Assembly: GCA_965217115.1 (NCBI GenBank)
Contig: OZ244239.1
Coordinates: 32,001 to 96,000 of the forward strand
DNA length: 64,000 bases
Direction: 5' to 3'
From: Bdellovibrionales bacterium
GTDB lineage: Bacteria > Bdellovibrionota > Bdellovibrionia > Bdellovibrionales > CAYMLA01
Both the position numbers and the translations under genes were made by a program. The first letter of the stretch is position 1, and each line of letters starts with the position of its first letter. Below, in pieces: positions 60,028-64,000 of this stretch. The notes below the pieces were generated by a model that did no database searches, was not told the origin of the DNA, and worked only from the letters and a program-made list of their open reading frames with translations.

Positions 60028-61236
60028 ATGAGTTTCTCTGTAGTGCAAGATAAGAATGACAGAATATACCTTGATCACAATGCGACAACCCCTGTGGCTA
60101 TGGATGTGATTGAGAGCCTTGAAGAGATAGCTGTCCAGTGGGGAAATCCGAGTTCTATTCATTGGTCGGGGCGCGAACCTAAGGCGTTTATTCGTGATGC
60201 CCGCAAGCGTATTGCTAAGATGATTGGTTGTCAGCCATTGGAGTTTATTTTTACCAGTGGGGGAAGTGAGGCTAATAATACGGCTGTCAAAGGTGTCTAT
60301 TTTCAAAATATTAAAAATAAAAAAGAAGAGTTACATTTTCGTAATAAATATATTTTTAGTGTGGTTGAGCATCCAAGTTTAATAGAGTCCATGGCATTTC
60401 TTGAACGACAGGGTATGGAAGTGGTGCGTATTCCTGTGAGTCGTGATGGTTTGATTGATCTTAAAACCTACGAAGAGGCATTGGATAAAAACACGGCATT
60501 GGTCTCTGTGATGTGGGTTAATAATGAGACAGGAACTATTTTTCCTATAAAAAAGATGACGGAAATGGCTCACAAAGTAGGAGCACTGTTTCACACGGAC
60601 AGCGTGCAGGCGTTGGGCAAAATTCCTATTGATGTGTATGATCTCAATGTAGATTTTGCGAGTTTTTCGGCTCATAAATTTTATTCTCTAAAAGGAACAG
60701 GGGTGCTTTATTGTAAGAGCAATGTGAGTTTTGAGAGTCTCATCCATGGAGGGGGACAGGAGAGAGGTCGCAGGGCAGGGACTGAGAACACACTTGGAGT
60801 TGCTGCTTTTTCTAAGATGGCAGAGAAGGCACAGTATGTGGTTAATTATGGAGAGAAGATCTTAAAGCTGCGTAAGCACATGGAGAGGCGTATTCTCGAT
60901 GAGATTAGCAATGTCACTGTGACCTGTGTTCAATCAGAGAGAGTTGCCCATTGCAGCAGTCTTGTTATTGGTGGCGTCGATGGTGAAACTTTACTTATGA
61001 GTTTAGATATGATGGGCTACTCCGTCAGCACGGGGGCTGCATGTAGTTCAGGAAACCCTGAACCGAGTCCGACTTTGATTGCCATGGGCTTGTCCCGTGA
61101 AGAAGCACAGAACTCCTTGCGTTTGAGTTTAGGATGGGAGAACACATTAGAGGAGATCAATAGCTTTGTGGATGTCTTGAAAACAGAGGTGAAACGTCTA
61201 CGTCAGCTTCACCATGAATTGGGAAATATGAAATGA
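60028..61236 (+). CDS. iscS: Cysteine desulfurase (IscS/NifS family)
   Basis: IYLDHNATTP, GNPSS.H, FTSGGSEANN, SAHKF, STGAACSSG. Confidence 0.9.
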   Translation: MSFSVVQDKNDRIYLDHNATTPVAMDVIESLEEIAVQWGNPSSIHWSGREPKAFIRDARKRIAKMIGCQPLEFIFTSGGSEANNTAVKGVYFQNIKNKKEELHFRNKYIFSVVEHPSLIESMAFLERQGMEVVRIPVSRDGLIDLKTYEEALDKNTALVSVMWVNNETGTIFPIKKMTEMAHKVGALFHTDSVQALGKIPIDVYDLNVDFASFSAHKFYSLKGTGVLYCKSNVSFESLIHGGGQERGRRAGTENTLGVAAFSKMAEKAQYVVNYGEKILKLRKHMERRILDEISNVTVTCVQSERVAHCSSLVIGGVDGETLLMSLDMMGYSVSTGAACSSGNPEPSPTLIAMGLSREEAQNSLRLSLGWENTLEEINSFVDVLKTEVKRLRQLHHELGNMK

Positions 61237-62312
61237 AAGGTCGTGTTCTAGTAGCAATGAGTGGGGGGGTAGATAGTTCTGTGGCGGCAGCTCTCTTGGT
61301 GGAACAGGGCTATGAGGTTATTGGTGCGACGATGCAGGTTTGGGATTACTCATCTTGCGAAATAAAAGAGGGCAGTGGAACCTGTTGTTCGAGTCTCGAT
61401 GTGGATGATGCTCGCTCTGTGGCTGACACCTTGGGTATCCCCTTTTATGTGATTAATTGCGAGTTGAGATTTCGAGAGAAAGTTATCGACCCCTTTATAG
61501 ATAACTACCTACAGGGAAAGACGCCTCTGCCTTGTGTGGATTGTAATACTTATTTAAAATTTGATTACCTATTAAAAAAAATGAAGGAGCTTAATTGTGA
61601 TTACTTGGCAACGGGTCACTACGCTCAGATTGAAAAGAGTGCAGAGGGTAGAAATCGACTTCTAACCAGTGCTGACAGTTGGAAGGATCAGACCTATTTC
61701 CTCTTCACTATGCAGCCTGAAATACTGGATTATATTATTTTCCCCGTTGGACAGATGACCAAGCCTGAATTGAGGGAGTATGCGGAGAAAAAAGGTCTGA
61801 CGGTGGCTCGTAAGAAAGATTCCATGGGGATCTGCTTTGTTGGTAATCAGGGTTATGGAAACTTTATTGAGTCACAGGTGGGCGAGGAAAAGTTAAAGGC
61901 AAAGTTAGGTTTAATAAGGTATTATCCCAGCGGAGAAGTCATGGGTGAGCATAAGGGGATTCATCACTTCACTTATGGTCAGAGACGGGGGATTGGTTTA
62001 GATCATCATGAAACTCTCTTTGTCTATAAAGTGGACCCTGAGGATAACACAGTGTGGGTCGCTTCTGATGAGAAGTATCTCTTGGGAGATCGTTTTACGA
62101 TGATTCGCTCTAATTGGTTGGATACATTTGATGGGGAAGAGGAGTTAAGAGTAAAAATTCGTTTCCACCATGAAGGAGCTACAGCGACTATCAAAAGAGA
62201 AGGCGAGCAGTACCAAGTTATTTTTAATGAACCCCAAAGGGCGATCACTCCAGGTCAAGCGGCAGTCGTTTATCGTGATAAGCAGTTGCTCGGCGGTGGT
62301 TGGATATTGTGA
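61233..62312 (+). CDS. mnmA: tRNA 2-thiouridylase
   Basis: AMSGGVDSS, PCV.CN, ATGHYA, KDQTYFL, DSMGICF, T.GQRRG, TPGQ. Confidence 0.95.
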   Translation: MKGRVLVAMSGGVDSSVAAALLVEQGYEVIGATMQVWDYSSCEIKEGSGTCCSSLDVDDARSVADTLGIPFYVINCELRFREKVIDPFIDNYLQGKTPLPCVDCNTYLKFDYLLKKMKELNCDYLATGHYAQIEKSAEGRNRLLTSADSWKDQTYFLFTMQPEILDYIIFPVGQMTKPELREYAEKKGLTVARKKDSMGICFVGNQGYGNFIESQVGEEKLKAKLGLIRYYPSGEVMGEHKGIHHFTYGQRRGIGLDHHETLFVYKVDPEDNTVWVASDEKYLLGDRFTMIRSNWLDTFDGEEELRVKIRFHHEGATATIKREGEQYQVIFNEPQRAITPGQAAVVYRDKQLLGGGWIL

Positions 62313-63661
62313 GTTTAAGGCCATCAAAATTTAAAATCCAAACCTATGGCTGTAAGGTGAATACCTATGACACGGGTTTATTACAGTCTCGTTTAGAAAA
62401 AAGGGGTTACAAATCAACTGACGACCTTCCTGAAGTACACATTATTAATACCTGCGCTGTGACTGATGAGGCAACTCAATCAGCGGCTAAAGATATCCGC
62501 AAATTAAAGATCCAGAGTCCTAATAGCACAGTGGTGGTTACTGGCTGTGCGGCACAGGTAGATACAGATGTTTTCACTGATTTGCCCCAGGTGGACTTGA
62601 TTGTGGCCAACTCCCATAAAGATCAATTGGAAAAAATCTTAGACGATCATTTTAAAGGGGTGTTGAGTGGGCGTGTATTTAAGTCTAATATTTTCCGTCA
62701 TCAAAAATTGGGGACAGGTGGCGGTTTAGAAAAAGGGCATACACGGGCTTTCTTAAAGATACAGGATGGTTGTGATAGCTTCTGTACTTTTTGTGTAATT
62801 CCCTATGCCAGGGGAACGAGCCGCAGCTTACCTATGTTTGATTTAATTGATCGCATCAACGATCTTTATGATCAGGGTTATCGAGAAGTGGTTTTAACGG
62901 GAGTCCATATTGGGGATTATCTTGATGAAGTGAACGGTCGAAAACTGAAACTAGAGGACCTGGTGGAATCTATTTTGAAAAGCACTTCGATGCCCCGTAT
63001 TCGTCTTTCAAGTCTGGAGCCCCCTGAATTGAGTGAACGACTCTTGGAGTTGTACACTGACCCAAAAATGTGTGCACATTTTCACATGAGTATTCAATCG
63101 GCAACATCTCAGGTGTTGGGGGATATGAAGCGTCAGTATCTGGCTGAAGATGTTGAAAGATCTCTGTGGACGATTAATAAAAAAATACCCCACGCTTTTG
63201 TTGGCATGGATGTGATTGTGGGTTTCCCAACAGAGAGTCAGGAGGCTTTCACGGAGACCTACCATAGATTGAAGGATCTTCCCTGGAGTAAAATCCATGT
63301 TTTTCCCTATAGTCAAAGGCCGGGGACAAGGGCTTCTGTCTTTGAGGAATCAGTTTACCCACACATTCGCAAGGAGAGAAGTAAGAAGCTAAGAGAGTTA
63401 AGCTCTGATCGTTATGCTGCAGAAGCATTGAAGCAGGTGGGAGAGACGTGCTCAGTGATGGTTCTTAATACTCTCAATAGGAATCATATTCAGCATGGCG
63501 TGGCAGATAATTATTGGCCGGTGACTCTTGATGGTAAGAGCAAAGACCTTCGAGGACAGATCACTGACGTGAGGATTACGGGTTATAACCACTCATCCCA
63601 CACCCGTGGTGAGGGTGTTTTACTTGGACAGGTGATTGATGGGCGGTTATTGGATGGATAG
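62300..63661 (+). CDS. mtaB: tRNA methylthiotransferase MtaB
   Basis: TYGCKVN.YD, INTCAVT, VTGCAAQ, KIQDGCDSFCTFC radical SAM motif, HVFPYS.RPGT, TRAM-like tail. Confidence 0.9.
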   Translation: MDIVSLRPSKFKIQTYGCKVNTYDTGLLQSRLEKRGYKSTDDLPEVHIINTCAVTDEATQSAAKDIRKLKIQSPNSTVVVTGCAAQVDTDVFTDLPQVDLIVANSHKDQLEKILDDHFKGVLSGRVFKSNIFRHQKLGTGGGLEKGHTRAFLKIQDGCDSFCTFCVIPYARGTSRSLPMFDLIDRINDLYDQGYREVVLTGVHIGDYLDEVNGRKLKLEDLVESILKSTSMPRIRLSSLEPPELSERLLELYTDPKMCAHFHMSIQSATSQVLGDMKRQYLAEDVERSLWTINKKIPHAFVGMDVIVGFPTESQEAFTETYHRLKDLPWSKIHVFPYSQRPGTRASVFEESVYPHIRKERSKKLRELSSDRYAAEALKQVGETCSVMVLNTLNRNHIQHGVADNYWPVTLDGKSKDLRGQITDVRITGYNHSSHTRGEGVLLGQVIDGRLLDG

Positions 63662-63849
63662 GTCAAGTCAAAGAGTTCTCTCTTCGCCTTTAAATCTCCG
63701 AGGGGCTTTAGGCTAGTTTGCCTCTCTGTTTTCTGCCAGTCTCGCCGACTTTCTTTACTTATCTCTAGTAAGCCTCGATACTATAATAACTGGTGGGTGT
63801 TATAACTCATCGTGCAGAAATTGAAGTCAAAACTTGAAGGAGTTTTAAG

Positions 63850-64000
63850 ATGTTAAAGCGGTCGTTTTTCGGGGTGTTTTTTCTAGGAGTGGCTCTCTTA
63901 TTTGGCTGTAGCACAATTGATAATAGGAAGCTGTCTAAGAACAACGATAGTCTCCAATCAGATCGTGGACTGGCAGGAGCAAAAGCTGCCAGCCTGATTC
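63850..64000 (+). CDS. Lipoprotein, N-terminal fragment (truncated by window)
   Basis: RBS AAGGAG; MLKRSFFGVFFLGVALLFGC lipobox; frame open to the window end. Confidence 0.6.
   Translation, partial: MLKRSFFGVFFLGVALLFGCSTIDNRKLSKNNDSLQSDRGLAGAKAASLI

Noticed and set aside
1550..63316. Numerous 60-150 aa ORFs nested within or antisense to long genes
   Set aside because: They overlap well-supported genes and have no recognisable motifs.

Overview
This is a ~40% GC bacterial chromosomal segment. Gene content suggests a predatory Bdellovibrionota-type organism (inference from CarD, a PilZ+GYF protein, an FNNC-type secreted protein, a Lys-rich histone-like protein and a secreted subtilase). Most of it is housekeeping or metabolic: recG (partial), an S8 protease, carD, gltX-cysS-uvrB-uvrC plus a pseudokinase, betaine ABC and TRAP transporters, a SNF2 helicase, mltF-like, mgtE, greA, yebC, class Ia ribonucleotide reductase nrdAB, speB, an M18 peptidase, kynA/kynB, ctaA, queG, cca, sufE, atoB-scoA-scoB and iscS-mnmA-mtaB. 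I saw no rRNA, tRNA, CRISPR array or transposase. The main non-coding signal is a MITE-like family with three independent insertions (four core copies) in 31.0-35.6 kb. Each insertion has its own 8-bp target-site duplication, and the core is a long hairpin showing compensatory base changes. Other candidates are a promoter-hairpin-terminator unit (sRNA or attenuator with an RPP-containing uORF) upstream of the M18 peptidase, an NrdR-boxed structured ~325-nt leader of nrdA, and a sigma-28-like promoter on a cytochrome c gene. All calls come from reading motifs; no database search was run.
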